64,000 nucleotides of DNA from an uncultured Verrucomicrobiae bacterium (GTDB lineage: Bacteria; Verrucomicrobiota; Verrucomicrobiia; Chthoniobacterales; Terrimicrobiaceae), in contig CAVPOC010000008.1 of NCBI GenBank assembly GCA_963706955.1, positions 1 to 64,000 on the forward strand, given 5' to 3'. This document shows, piece by piece, positions 10,772 through 19,525 of the stretch. How positions within the stretch are numbered: the stretch's first letter is position 1; each line of letters begins with the position of its first letter. Made by a program: the position numbers and the translations under genes. Under the pieces are notes generated by a model. The model made no database searches. It saw only the letters and a program-made list of their open reading frames with translations, and was not told the origin of the DNA.

Positions 10772-11472
10772 GAGCCAATCACCGCATTGAAGCGGTACCC
10801 CTCACCTCGCACCGTCTCCAGCTTCGCCGAGTGCTTGCCAAGTTTTTCTCGCAACCGGCGAATATGCGTATCCACCGTCCGTGTATCAATTGGGTTCTGA
10901 TACCCCCAAACATCGTAGAGAAGCATCTCCCGCGACTGGGTGCGACCCCGACGTTCGATCAACACCGCGAGCAGCTTAAATTCGGTGCCTGTCAGATCGA
11001 GACGCCGTCCCTCCAGCCGGATATCGAATTTGCTCTTGTCCAAATGGAAGCCACCGACCTCAAGGATCTCGCTCGCCACTCTGGACCGAGATCTCCGCAG
11101 CAGCGCTTGGATCCGCAAGACAAGCTCGCGCGGACTGAACGGCTTCGTGACATAGTCATCGGCGCCGATCTCCAGGCCGCGAATTCGTTCGCTCAGTTCT
11201 CCCCTTGCGGTCAGCATAAGAATCGGCAGCAGCTCAGTTTCAGAATCCTTCTTGAGCGCTCTGCACACGGAATGCCCATCCATCCCTGGCAGCATCAGAT
11301 CGAGGATCACGATCTCCGGTCGGTTTTCGCGGGCCATTTGGAGCCCGGTGAGTCCATCATTGGCGACCAGCACGGAAAACCCAGCCTTGTTCAGGTTGTA
11401 CCGGAGCAAGTCAACGACGTCGCCTTCGTCTTCGACGAGGAGCACAGTGTCGCCCATGGCGTTCCGGCTCAT
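10768..11472 (-). CDS. PhoB/OmpR-family response regulator
   Basis: LLVEDE, LDLMLPG, GADDYVTKPFS, TRTVDTHIRRLREKL; overlaps the kinase start. Confidence 0.93.
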   Translation of the reverse strand: MSRNAMGDTVLLVEDEGDVVDLLRYNLNKAGFSVLVANDGLTGLQMARENRPEIVILDLMLPGMDGHSVCRALKKDSETELLPILMLTARGELSERIRGLEIGADDYVTKPFSPRELVLRIQALLRRSRSRVASEILEVGGFHLDKSKFDIRLEGRRLDLTGTEFKLLAVLIERRGRTQSREMLLYDVWGYQNPIDTRTVDTHIRRLREKLGKHSAKLETVRGEGYRFNAVIGS

Positions 11473-11798
11473 AGCCGAAGAAGCCGAACTTTGGCAAGCG
11501 GGGAAGACTGACATTGGCACCGACATCGCTTGGTAGAAAAGATTCGGGCCACTCGCGTACGATGCTCAGAACAAAGGAAACTGAACCGCGGTGGCCCGAA
11601 TATGCTGCCTTAACCGATAATTTAGACGCTGCGGAATGTTCGATGTTCAAAGAAAAATTCAAAACGCATCGCCCATTTCAGCAGGCATTACGTAAGGCAT
11701 TCATAATGAGCCGCAAGGTCCCATGAGGACAAAGCAAAAAAATTCGCTGGATTCCTTCTCGGATTTCAGCGATTCGGGGAGCGAACGTTTCTCGGACT

Positions 11799-12308
11799 AT
11801 GGCAACGCTGCAAGCCGTCCAGGCCGACATTACCACGCTGGAGGTGGATGCGGTCGTCAACGCGGCGAACTCCTCTCTGCTCGGCGGCGGGGGTGTTGAT
11901 GGCGCCATTCACCGGGCCGCCGGACCTGGCTTGTTGGAGGAATGTCGCACCTTGGGCGGTTGCGAAACCGGAAATGCGAAACTTACCAAGGGATACAACC
12001 TGCCGGCGCGCTGTGTTGTTCACACGGTCGGGCCGGTTTGGCACGGCGGTCACAGAGGCGAAGCAGAACTCCTGGCGTCCTGCTACCGACGGGTGCTCGA
12101 GATCGCTCGAGAGAATGACCTTCGAAGCGTGGCATTCCCGTCGATCAGCACCGGTGTCTACGGGTATCCGTTCGAACAAGCAGCCACAATCGCTGTGACC
12201 ACCATCAATGAGTTCATTGATGCGGAACCCTCCTCCTTTGAGAAGATCGTGTTCTGTTGTTTTTCAGCTCGCGATCTGGAAATCTATAAAAAGTTGCTGA
12301 AAAGCTAA
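11799..12308 (+). CDS. macrodomain O-acetyl-ADP-ribose deacetylase (YmdB-like)
   Basis: [43 protein letters not shown]. Confidence 0.93.
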   Translation: MATLQAVQADITTLEVDAVVNAANSSLLGGGGVDGAIHRAAGPGLLEECRTLGGCETGNAKLTKGYNLPARCVVHTVGPVWHGGHRGEAELLASCYRRVLEIARENDLRSVAFPSISTGVYGYPFEQAATIAVTTINEFIDAEPSSFEKIVFCCFSARDLEIYKKLLKS

Positions 12309-12931
12309 CGACGCGGTTTGTCTTCCTTTTTCTGGTCGGGTTGGGGTGTTTTTTTCTGGTCGGGTCGGGGTGTCGGGAAGCGCAAGGGTTGAAACGGTTG
12401 CTCTTCAGTATAGTAAGGATCCCAGTAAACCTCGGAAGTCCTTTTCCATTTTACTCCCTCGTCCGGCATGAGCGAATTGTCTCTGAGGCGTTGACGCACT
12501 TCCTCGCGAATTTGCTGACTGGCCGCTTCGGGTGGAGAGTCGAGCTCGAGACGCCGGGTAATCACTGTATTTTGATCGATGACCTGGTAGTTGACGAAGA
12601 CGTAACCGCCCTCTGGGATCTCACCGGATGTCACCGCGCATTTCAAGGAGAGAAAACGGCTGTAAGACACACGCGATATCCAGCCTTCAAATTCCCAAAC
12701 TCCCCGCGGAGTCTTCTTGCGCCCCAGGGAGCGAAAACTGACGTAGTAGCGATCGCTGGTAATTGGAACCACCCGTGCGCGATAAGTTCTGCCTTTGGAG
12801 TCCGTGCCCTCCCAGACGCCCAGCAACCAACTGTTGATATCTTTGGACGGTCCGCTGGTTAGCGGATGCTCAAAGAAACAACCTGTCAGCAGCGTACAAA
12901 GAATTAGCCACGCAAGCGCTCGTATCCTCAT
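12305..12931 (-). CDS. hypothetical lipoprotein
   Basis: Lipobox LLTGC. Confidence 0.75.
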   Translation of the reverse strand: MRIRALAWLILCTLLTGCFFEHPLTSGPSKDINSWLLGVWEGTDSKGRTYRARVVPITSDRYYVSFRSLGRKKTPRGVWEFEGWISRVSYSRFLSLKCAVTSGEIPEGGYVFVNYQVIDQNTVITRRLELDSPPEAASQQIREEVRQRLRDNSLMPDEGVKWKRTSEVYWDPYYTEEQPFQPLRFPTPRPDQKKTPQPDQKKEDKPRR

Positions 12932-12945
12932 GATTCTGCGCGCTG

Positions 12946-14238
12946 CTATATCCGAGTTCCCGAGGCGATAACACTACTTTTCGGAATAACAACGATCCCA
13001 TCGCGGATATAGAAGCCTTCGCCATTCATCTCTTTATCCTTGCCCTCTGGGGAGAGAACCACGTTGTCTCCGATGCGTGCGTTCTTGTCGATGATGGCAT
13101 TACGGATGTCGCAGCCACGACCAATGCCGATGTTGGGAACGTTCCCCCGGCTTCGTCCCGAGTCCGTTTCGTAATAGTCCGCTCCCATCAAAATGACATC
13201 TTTGACCACCGAGCCGGCCCCAATCACCGAGCGAATCCCAATAATGCTGTGCTCGACGGTTGCCTCATCGATAACGCAACCGTCGCAAACCAGCGAGCGA
13301 TCAATACTGGTTGAACGCACGATGCTGGCGGGAAGAAAGCGGGGATGCGTGTAAACCGGAGCGCCCGGCTCGTTGAAACTGAACTTTGGATTCGGGTCCG
13401 TCAGTTTTAAATTGGCTTCGAAGAAGGCGGCGATCGTTCCAATATCCTCCCAATAGCCTTGGAAGATATAAGCGGTGACCTTGTAATTTCTGATTGCGGC
13501 GGGGATGATGTTTTTGCCGAAGTCGGCGAAATCATTGTCAAGGCACTCTTTGAGGACTTCGCGGTTGAACACATAAATGCCCATGGAGGCCTGATAGAGG
13601 TCGGCATGGGACTCGCCAATCGATTGGAGAAGGTCGGAAGGGATGCGAAGACCGTCCAGCACCTGCGGATCTTTCGGCTTCTCAACGAACTCGATGATCT
13701 TCCGCTTTTCGTCGGTGTGCATTATCCCAAAGCCGGAGGCTGCCGCGCGGTTCACCGGGATCGTGCCAACGGTAATGTCGGAGTTGGTCTCGAGGTGCTG
13801 GCGTAAGACGTGCCGGTAGTCCATCCGATATAGCTGATCACCGCTGAGAATGATGTAGTAGTCAACTGGACGCTCCAGGAAGTAGCGCAGGTTTTGCCGG
13901 ACCGCATCCGCAGTTCCTTGATACCAATGCGAACCCTCGGGGGTCTGTTGGGCCGCCAGGATCTCTACAAAGCTCGGGGTAAAGTTATCGAACTTGTAAC
14001 TCGCGTTGATATGGCGATGCAGCGACATGCTGTTGAATTGCGTGAGCACATAGATGCTGCGAATCCCCGAATTGAGGCAATTGCTGATCGGTATGTCCAC
14101 CAGCCGATACTTGCCTCCGAGCGGCACCGCCGGCTTCGCTCGTTCCTTCGTCAGGGGAAATAGCCGGGTCCCGGCTCCCCCTCCCATTATGATGGCCAGA
14201 GTGCGATTGACAGGGAGTAACAGGGGAAGCTGGCTCAT
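12946..14238 (-). CDS. glgC: glucose-1-phosphate adenylyltransferase
   Basis: GGGAGTRLFPLTKERAKPAVPLGGKYRLVD, WYQGTADAVRQ, YWEDIGT. Confidence 0.96.
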   Translation of the reverse strand: MSQLPLLLPVNRTLAIIMGGGAGTRLFPLTKERAKPAVPLGGKYRLVDIPISNCLNSGIRSIYVLTQFNSMSLHRHINASYKFDNFTPSFVEILAAQQTPEGSHWYQGTADAVRQNLRYFLERPVDYYIILSGDQLYRMDYRHVLRQHLETNSDITVGTIPVNRAAASGFGIMHTDEKRKIIEFVEKPKDPQVLDGLRIPSDLLQSIGESHADLYQASMGIYVFNREVLKECLDNDFADFGKNIIPAAIRNYKVTAYIFQGYWEDIGTIAAFFEANLKLTDPNPKFSFNEPGAPVYTHPRFLPASIVRSTSIDRSLVCDGCVIDEATVEHSIIGIRSVIGAGSVVKDVILMGADYYETDSGRSRGNVPNIGIGRGCDIRNAIIDKNARIGDNVVLSPEGKDKEMNGEGFYIRDGIVVIPKSSVIASGTRI

Positions 14239-14294
14239 AAACGGGAATTGAATCTTGCTCGGCTTCGAGGGAATTGTCACGATTCAAAATTCCC

Positions 14295-16142
14295 ATGTGC
14301 GGTATTGTTGGCTACATCGGCAAAGCGGAGGCAGTTCCAATCCTGCTGGACGGGTTGCGGCGTCTTGAATACCGCGGGTACGATTCGGCAGGGATAGCCA
14401 CGATCAACGGCGGAGGCATCGAGGTTCGCAAGACTGTCGGACGTATTGCGGATCTGACCCAAGTCATCTCGGCAAGCCCTCCGCACGGCCACCTTGGCAT
14501 CAGTCATACGCGCTGGGCTACCCACGGTGGAGTAACCAACGAGAACGCTCATCCGCATTTCGACGCCAGGCGACGCCTGGTCTTAGTTCACAACGGCGTC
14601 ATTGAAAATTATTTGTCACTCCGCGCTCAGCTCGAAGAGAAAGGCCATCTTTTCCAATCTCAAACGGACACCGAGGTTCTAGCCCACCTTATCGGCGCGA
14701 CCTTCGACAGCCGCGGGGAGAAGACACAGTCCGCGCTCGTCGAGGCTGTTCGCGAATCGTTGCGCCAGGTGATCGGAACCTACGGCATCGCCGTCATCCA
14801 CGCGGATGTCCCCGGTGTTCTCATCGGTGCGCGCCGGGGAAGTCCCCTGGTGCTTGGCGTCGGCAAGGGGGAGCACTTTCTCGCCAGCGATGTCTCCGCC
14901 ATCGTCGCGCATACGCGCGAGGCGGTTTATCTAAATGACTACGAAATTGTCACCATCAGAGCCGATGGATTCGATATCAGCACTCTCGCCGGCTCAGATG
15001 CCAGCTTCCAGGTTAGCACGGTAGAGTTCCAAGCCGAGGACGTCGATAAGGGCGCCTTTCCGCATTACATGCTCAAGGAGATCTTCGAGCAGCCGAACTC
15101 GGTTCGCGACGCTTTGCGTGGGCGCCTTTCCATTGAAGAGGCAACTGCCAAACTCGGCGGCTTGGAAATGACCAATGCCGAACTTCGCCAGGTCGAACGA
15201 ATCGTTTTGAGCGGATGTGGCACTGCCTTCCATGCGGCCATGGTTGGTGAGTACCTCATCGAGTCTCTTGCCCATATTCCGGTGGAATGCGAGTTCGCAA
15301 GCGAGTTGCGATACCGCAACCTGCCGATGACTCGCGACACACTCGTCTTCGTCATCAGCCAGAGCGGAGAGACCGCGGATACCCTGGCCGCTCTGCGCGA
15401 AAGCCAGCGTAAGGGTCATCGCACTCTGGGGATCTGCAACAATGTCGCCAGCACGATCGCGCGTGAGAGTGATGGGGGGGTTTACATGCATGCCGGACCA
15501 GAGATCGGCGTCGCGGCGACAAAATCGTTCACTTCCCAGCTCACCATCGTCACGCTCCTGGCACTGCTCCTTGGCCGAATCCACTACCTCTCCTATGCGG
15601 AGGGACTGGACATCATCTCGCAGATGGAAAAGCTGCCCGACAAAGTCGCCAAGACGCTCGAGCTAAACGATCAAATGGCAGCAATCGCCCGGAAGTATTC
15701 GCAGGCGAAAAACTTTCTCTTTATGGGACGTCAGGCAAACTACCCCATCGCTCTGGAGGGCGCCTTGAAACTGAAGGAAGTCAGCTACATTGCCGCTTCG
15801 GGGTATCCCAGTGCCGAGCTGAAACATGGCGTCATCGCTCTGATTAACGAGGAGACGCCCTCGCTCTTTATAGCTCCGCGAGATGCAGTCTTTGAGAAAA
15901 ACCTGAGCAACATTGAAGAGGTAAAGGCGCGCAAAGGCCCTGTCATTGCCGTGGGCACGGAAGGCGACCAGTCGCTCGCCAAGATCGCGGACGACGTCAT
16001 TTACATCCCGAAAGCTCCAGATTACCTCACCCCGATTCTCTCCGTAATTCCTCTGCAGCTGTTAGCCTACTACATCGCCGTCGAGCTCGGCTGCGACGTG
16101 GACAAGCCGCGAAACCTTGCCAAGAGTGTGACCGTCGAATAG
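14295..16142 (+). CDS. glmS: glutamine--fructose-6-phosphate aminotransferase
   Basis: MCGIVG N-terminus, HTRWATHG, SQSGETADT, C-terminal PRNLAKSVTVE. Confidence 0.98.
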   Translation: MCGIVGYIGKAEAVPILLDGLRRLEYRGYDSAGIATINGGGIEVRKTVGRIADLTQVISASPPHGHLGISHTRWATHGGVTNENAHPHFDARRRLVLVHNGVIENYLSLRAQLEEKGHLFQSQTDTEVLAHLIGATFDSRGEKTQSALVEAVRESLRQVIGTYGIAVIHADVPGVLIGARRGSPLVLGVGKGEHFLASDVSAIVAHTREAVYLNDYEIVTIRADGFDISTLAGSDASFQVSTVEFQAEDVDKGAFPHYMLKEIFEQPNSVRDALRGRLSIEEATAKLGGLEMTNAELRQVERIVLSGCGTAFHAAMVGEYLIESLAHIPVECEFASELRYRNLPMTRDTLVFVISQSGETADTLAALRESQRKGHRTLGICNNVASTIARESDGGVYMHAGPEIGVAATKSFTSQLTIVTLLALLLGRIHYLSYAEGLDIISQMEKLPDKVAKTLELNDQMAAIARKYSQAKNFLFMGRQANYPIALEGALKLKEVSYIAASGYPSAELKHGVIALINEETPSLFIAPRDAVFEKNLSNIEEVKARKGPVIAVGTEGDQSLAKIADDVIYIPKAPDYLTPILSVIPLQLLAYYIAVELGCDVDKPRNLAKSVTVE

Positions 16143-16155
16143 ACCTCGGCGGCAA

Positions 16156-16167
16156 TTATTTTCCGTA
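16156..16167 (+). repeat. left att core TTATTTTCCGTA
   Basis: Identical to 46291-46302; 13 bp downstream of the glmS stop. Confidence 0.85.
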
Positions 16168-16239
16168 ATTGTTAGCGGTCCGACGCGGCGTAAGCGTAAC
16201 CCGTTGCAGTGCAACGGTGCACGAGAAAATGTTTGCCCA

Positions 16240-16259
16240 TGTGCTACGTTTTGTGCTAC
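16240..16259 (+). promoter_or_regulatory. putative integrase arm-type sites TGTGCTAC-N4-TGTGCTAC
   Basis: Matches TGTGCTAC-N4-TGTACTAC at 46151-46170 with the same spacing and orientation. Confidence 0.7.
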
Positions 16260-16268
16260 TTTTACGCT

Positions 16269-17407
16269 ATGTTACGCTCCGCGCATCCGGAAGACAAATT
16301 TGTGGCCGTTTACGATTCCCGCCGGCAGCGGGTGCGGGGCTTGTGGCGCCGCGGGAAACGCTACTATGCGCAGATGCGGGTGGAGTCGGCGGCGGCGTCA
16401 GCAAGCCGAAGCGCATCCCGCTGGCCGCGGATACGCTTGACCAAGCCCGGGCTGAGCTGGAGGCGAAGCGCACCGAAAACCGGCGGGGGCAACTGCACGT
16501 CCCGGGCCGTCGGCCGGCCTTCGCGGATGTGGTTAGGGAATACCTGGCAAGCGCCGAATTTAGCGGCAAGGCGCTAGCCAGTCGAAACAACGAACGACGC
16601 GCCTTGGCGCGGTGGGTTGCCTACCTAGGCGACGTGCGGGTTGACTGGATCAAAGCGGCCCGCCTCAGCGCCTACCGCGATAGCCGCAACGCGCGCGGCG
16701 TAAAACCGCAAACCGTCAACCTTGACCTGATCTATTTCGGAAATGCGATGCGGTTCGCGGTGGACCGCGGCTGGCTGGCGGATGTCCCCCGGCTGCGGCG
16801 CCTGAAACCCGCGCCCACGGCGAAGCGCCGGCTTTTGCCCGCGGCGGAGATTGAACGGCTGCTGGCGCATTGCCGGCCGGACGTCATCAAGAACGCCGAT
16901 TTGTTGCGGTATTACGTGCACTTCCTCGCCTTGACGGGCGCGCGCAAGGCGGAGGCGCTTAAGGTCCGCTGGTCGGATGTTGATTTCGGCAACCGGCAGG
17001 TGACGATCGGCGCGGCCGGCGACAGCAAAGGCGGGCGGTATCGCGCGGTGGACTTTTCGCCCGAACTTGAAGCGCTGCTCGTTGAAATGCGCGAGAACCG
17101 CCAGCCGGATTCGAGTTATCTATTCCCCGGTCCGGCCCGTGCCGGGCGGGATATTCCGGCCGCGGCGCTGGAAGGCCCCTTCGATATTGTGCGGCGCGCG
17201 GCGGGGCTGCCCCGGGTGGGCTTTCACGACTTCCGGCACTTTTACGCCAGCCAAGCCGTGATGTCCGGCATCGACTATATGACCGTGGCGAGCTGGCTCG
17301 GGCATCGGGACGGCGGGGTGTTGGTCGGCAAGGTTTACGGGCACCTCAGCGATACCCACAAGAAGCGCATGGCTGCAAACCTTGCCATCCTCAAAAGAAA
17401 ATCGTAA
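16269..17407 (+). CDS. tyrosine recombinase/integrase (frameshift near 16385)
   Basis: Catalytic set TGAR, DSK, FHDFRH, LGH, VYGH. The N-terminal arm-like part (MLRSAHPEDKF..RVRGLWRRGKRYYAQMRV) is in a different frame. Confidence 0.93.
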
Positions 17408-17500
17408 CGGTTCGTAAAAAAACTTGACCTGCCCCGTGGCGTAGCGGGAAAAGTAAGCAACATATTACAGCGCAATCGCTTATGCTTACCCACGGGACTC

Positions 17501-17626
17501 GGGGAGCAGCGGGGAGCAGCGAGGAGCAGCGAGGAGCAGCGAGGAGCAGCGAGGAGCAGCGAGGAGCAGCGAGGAGCACGGGAGCAGCGAAGCAGCGAGG
17601 AGCAGCGAGGAGCAGCGGGGAGCAGC
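17501..17626 (+). repeat. 10-bp tandem repeat G(A/G)GGAGCAGC, ~13 copies, some degenerate
   Basis: Directly visible array between the integrase and the xis-like gene. Confidence 0.95.
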
Positions 17627-17692
17627 GGCGAATAATCACCGTGGCCGGCCACGTCTCCGTAAGCCCTTAATAATAGGGCACATGTGCGATAA

Positions 17693-17724
17693 TTTCAACA
17701 TACGTAGCGCTACGTATGTTGAAA
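17693..17724. repeat. 32-bp perfect palindrome TTTCAACATACGTAGC|GCTACGTATGTTGAAA
   Basis: The arms are exact reverse complements with no spacer. Confidence 0.95.
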
Positions 17725-17762
17725 AAACGTAGCGTAAATGCCTTTATGCTATTGGTTTGCGC

Positions 17763-18043
17763 ATGAAAATCGACACCTGACGCCGCCGCCACTGAACAAT
17801 GGATCCCGTTCGACCATTGGCTAAGCCAATTCGGCCGAACCAGGCAGACCGGTTTTCGCTGGCGAAAGGAACTGCCGTGGTTGGAAGTGACGAAACATTA
17901 TGGGCAGGGTTTACATCAGCGTCGCAAGCGCTAGGCGCTTTTCGGAGCTGGCGTCCGCGGGAGAACTGCCGGGCCGGCATAAAACGCCGCCCCCGCCGCC
18001 CGTCAGGGGTGCAAAAAAGGCTTCCGGCAAGATCACCGCCTGA
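17763..18043 (+). CDS. excisionase/RDF-like small HTH protein (two apparent extra-A frameshifts)
   Basis: Removing one A from each of two A-runs (~17766, ~17893) gives MKSTPDAAATEQWIPFDHWLSQFGRTRQTGFRWRKELPWLEVTNIMGRVYISVASARRFSELASAGEL, a MerR/Xis-like HTH-wing pattern. Confidence 0.55.
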
Positions 18044-18090
18044 TTGGCAATGGCCCGCAATTCCCGACCGTTGGAAGGGAAGCAAGCAGC

Positions 18091-18273
18091 ATGAACTACC
18101 ACAACGAGACATTGGGCGCCCGCCTCACGCGCCTACTGAAAGCGAGCTTGCGGGACCCTACCTTAACCCAATCGATACTAGAGCGCCTCACGGAGCAGCA
18201 GCGAGAGCAGCCCCAGCCACGCAACTGCGACCCCGAGTTGAGGCAAGCGAGCCTGTTTGAAGCTCATGAATGA
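18091..18273 (+). CDS. small hypothetical protein of the island core
   Basis: ATG ORF whose stop overlaps the start of the next gene. Confidence 0.5.
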   Translation: MNYHNETLGARLTRLLKASLRDPTLTQSILERLTEQQREQPQPRNCDPELRQASLFEAHE

Positions 18274-19159
18274 GGAACCGCCTTATTCGGCTAGCCGGAT
18301 AAAAAGGCGGCGCCGAACCAGTGCGGAGATGGCCGAGTTGTTCAAAGCCGTCGTCGCGGTCCTCAACGGCTACGGGAACGATCGCATTTCGCTCCGGCAT
18401 CTATGCTATCGGCTCTCTTCGACTGGCGTGATTTCGAAGACGGAAACCGCTTTTGACACGCTGGCTGGTCACCTTGCCAAGTGGCGCAAGCAAGGTCTCA
18501 TCCCTTTCGGCCGCTTTGTAGATGCGACCCGCTGGTATCACGGCAGCACGACTTTCGACAACGCGGCTGAGGCCCTGGAAGATTCGATCGCCGCCTACCG
18601 AAAGAACCTTTGGCGGACGCAACCCTTCCATGTCGAGGTATGGGTTGAAAAGGAGGCCGTCGCGAGCATCGTCGTACCGGTCGCCGACCACTGGGGCATC
18701 AAAACCTTTGTTTGCCGCGGGTTCACATCGCTGACATCGACGTGGGAGGCGGCCGAGATATTCAAGGAAGCCATTTGGCACGGCAAAAAGCCGCTCATCC
18801 TTTACCTTGGGGATCTCGATCTGAAGGGCAAGCAGTGCGGCGATACAATCCGGAATCATTTCGCCCTACACGACCTCGACGGCGAGGTTGAATTGCGCCT
18901 TGTGGCTATCCTGCCCGAGCATATCGAGCGCTTTAATCTTCCGACACGCCCGCCCAAGTTTAGGGGTGACCCGGCGGAGTGTGTGGAGATTGATACGCTG
19001 TCATCGGCGCAGATTCGCGAGCTTTTGGAAGCTGAGATCACGGCCTTGATTGATCCGGAAGAGTGGATCCGCCTGCAAGGGATCGAAGCGGCCGAACAAC
19101 AGACCTTAAAGAACATCTTCCTCGTACACCGAGATGAATTATTGGAAGGCGCCGCATGA
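18266..19159 (+). CDS. Spo11/TopoVI-A-like protein (winged helix plus TOPRIM; Mini-A-like)
   Basis: SLRHLCYRL (Tyr at a Spo11-like position), EVWVEKEA, CRGFTS, LYLGDLDLKG (DxD), EIDTL. Confidence 0.65.
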   Translation: MNEEPPYSASRIKRRRRTSAEMAELFKAVVAVLNGYGNDRISLRHLCYRLSSTGVISKTETAFDTLAGHLAKWRKQGLIPFGRFVDATRWYHGSTTFDNAAEALEDSIAAYRKNLWRTQPFHVEVWVEKEAVASIVVPVADHWGIKTFVCRGFTSLTSTWEAAEIFKEAIWHGKKPLILYLGDLDLKGKQCGDTIRNHFALHDLDGEVELRLVAILPEHIERFNLPTRPPKFRGDPAECVEIDTLSSAQIRELLEAEITALIDPEEWIRLQGIEAAEQQTLKNIFLVHRDELLEGAA

Positions 19160-19525
19160 ACGAATTTATGCAAACCCAACACGACAATAACGGGCCAGGC
19201 GCTACTGCACCGGCCCCACCATTAAGGCCGGGAAGCGGAAGCGCCCCCGGGAAACCAACAACCATGCAAGAATCCGGGGCCGCCCCGCCACCCGTCGTAT
19301 GAACAGCGCTTCGCCATCCCATCCTACCGCCTTGCGCGCAGGAGGCAAGGCATTGATCGGGGCCTGCTACCGGCCCTCTGCTTAAAAGGAAGGTCGCCGC
19401 CCCGTGAGCGCGCCTTGCAAATGCAAACGGCGACCCCTTGCGAGGCCGCCGCTGGAATCCTGAATCTAAACTCCCAACTCAACCCGCCGAGGCCGAATCG
19501 AGAATCCCACTTCGAGGTATGACTA

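Noticed and set aside
11670..11710. Pho box-like AGGCATT direct repeat upstream of the phoB-like gene
   Set aside because: Two short copies with poor match to the CTGTCAT consensus; not distinguishable from chance.
14239..14294. glmS ribozyme
   Set aside because: Only ~56 bp separates the divergent glgC and glmS starts, too short for the ribozyme.
16100..16300. Tn7 insertion at attTn7 downstream of glmS
   Set aside because: No tnsABCD genes or Tn7-type ends were seen; the element has a tyrosine integrase and a 12-bp core repeat.
17501..17626. CRISPR array, or coding repeats (ORFs 17335-17652, 17391-17639, 17482-17670)
   Set aside because: 10-bp units without spacers and no cas genes; the ORFs are low-complexity translations of the repeat.
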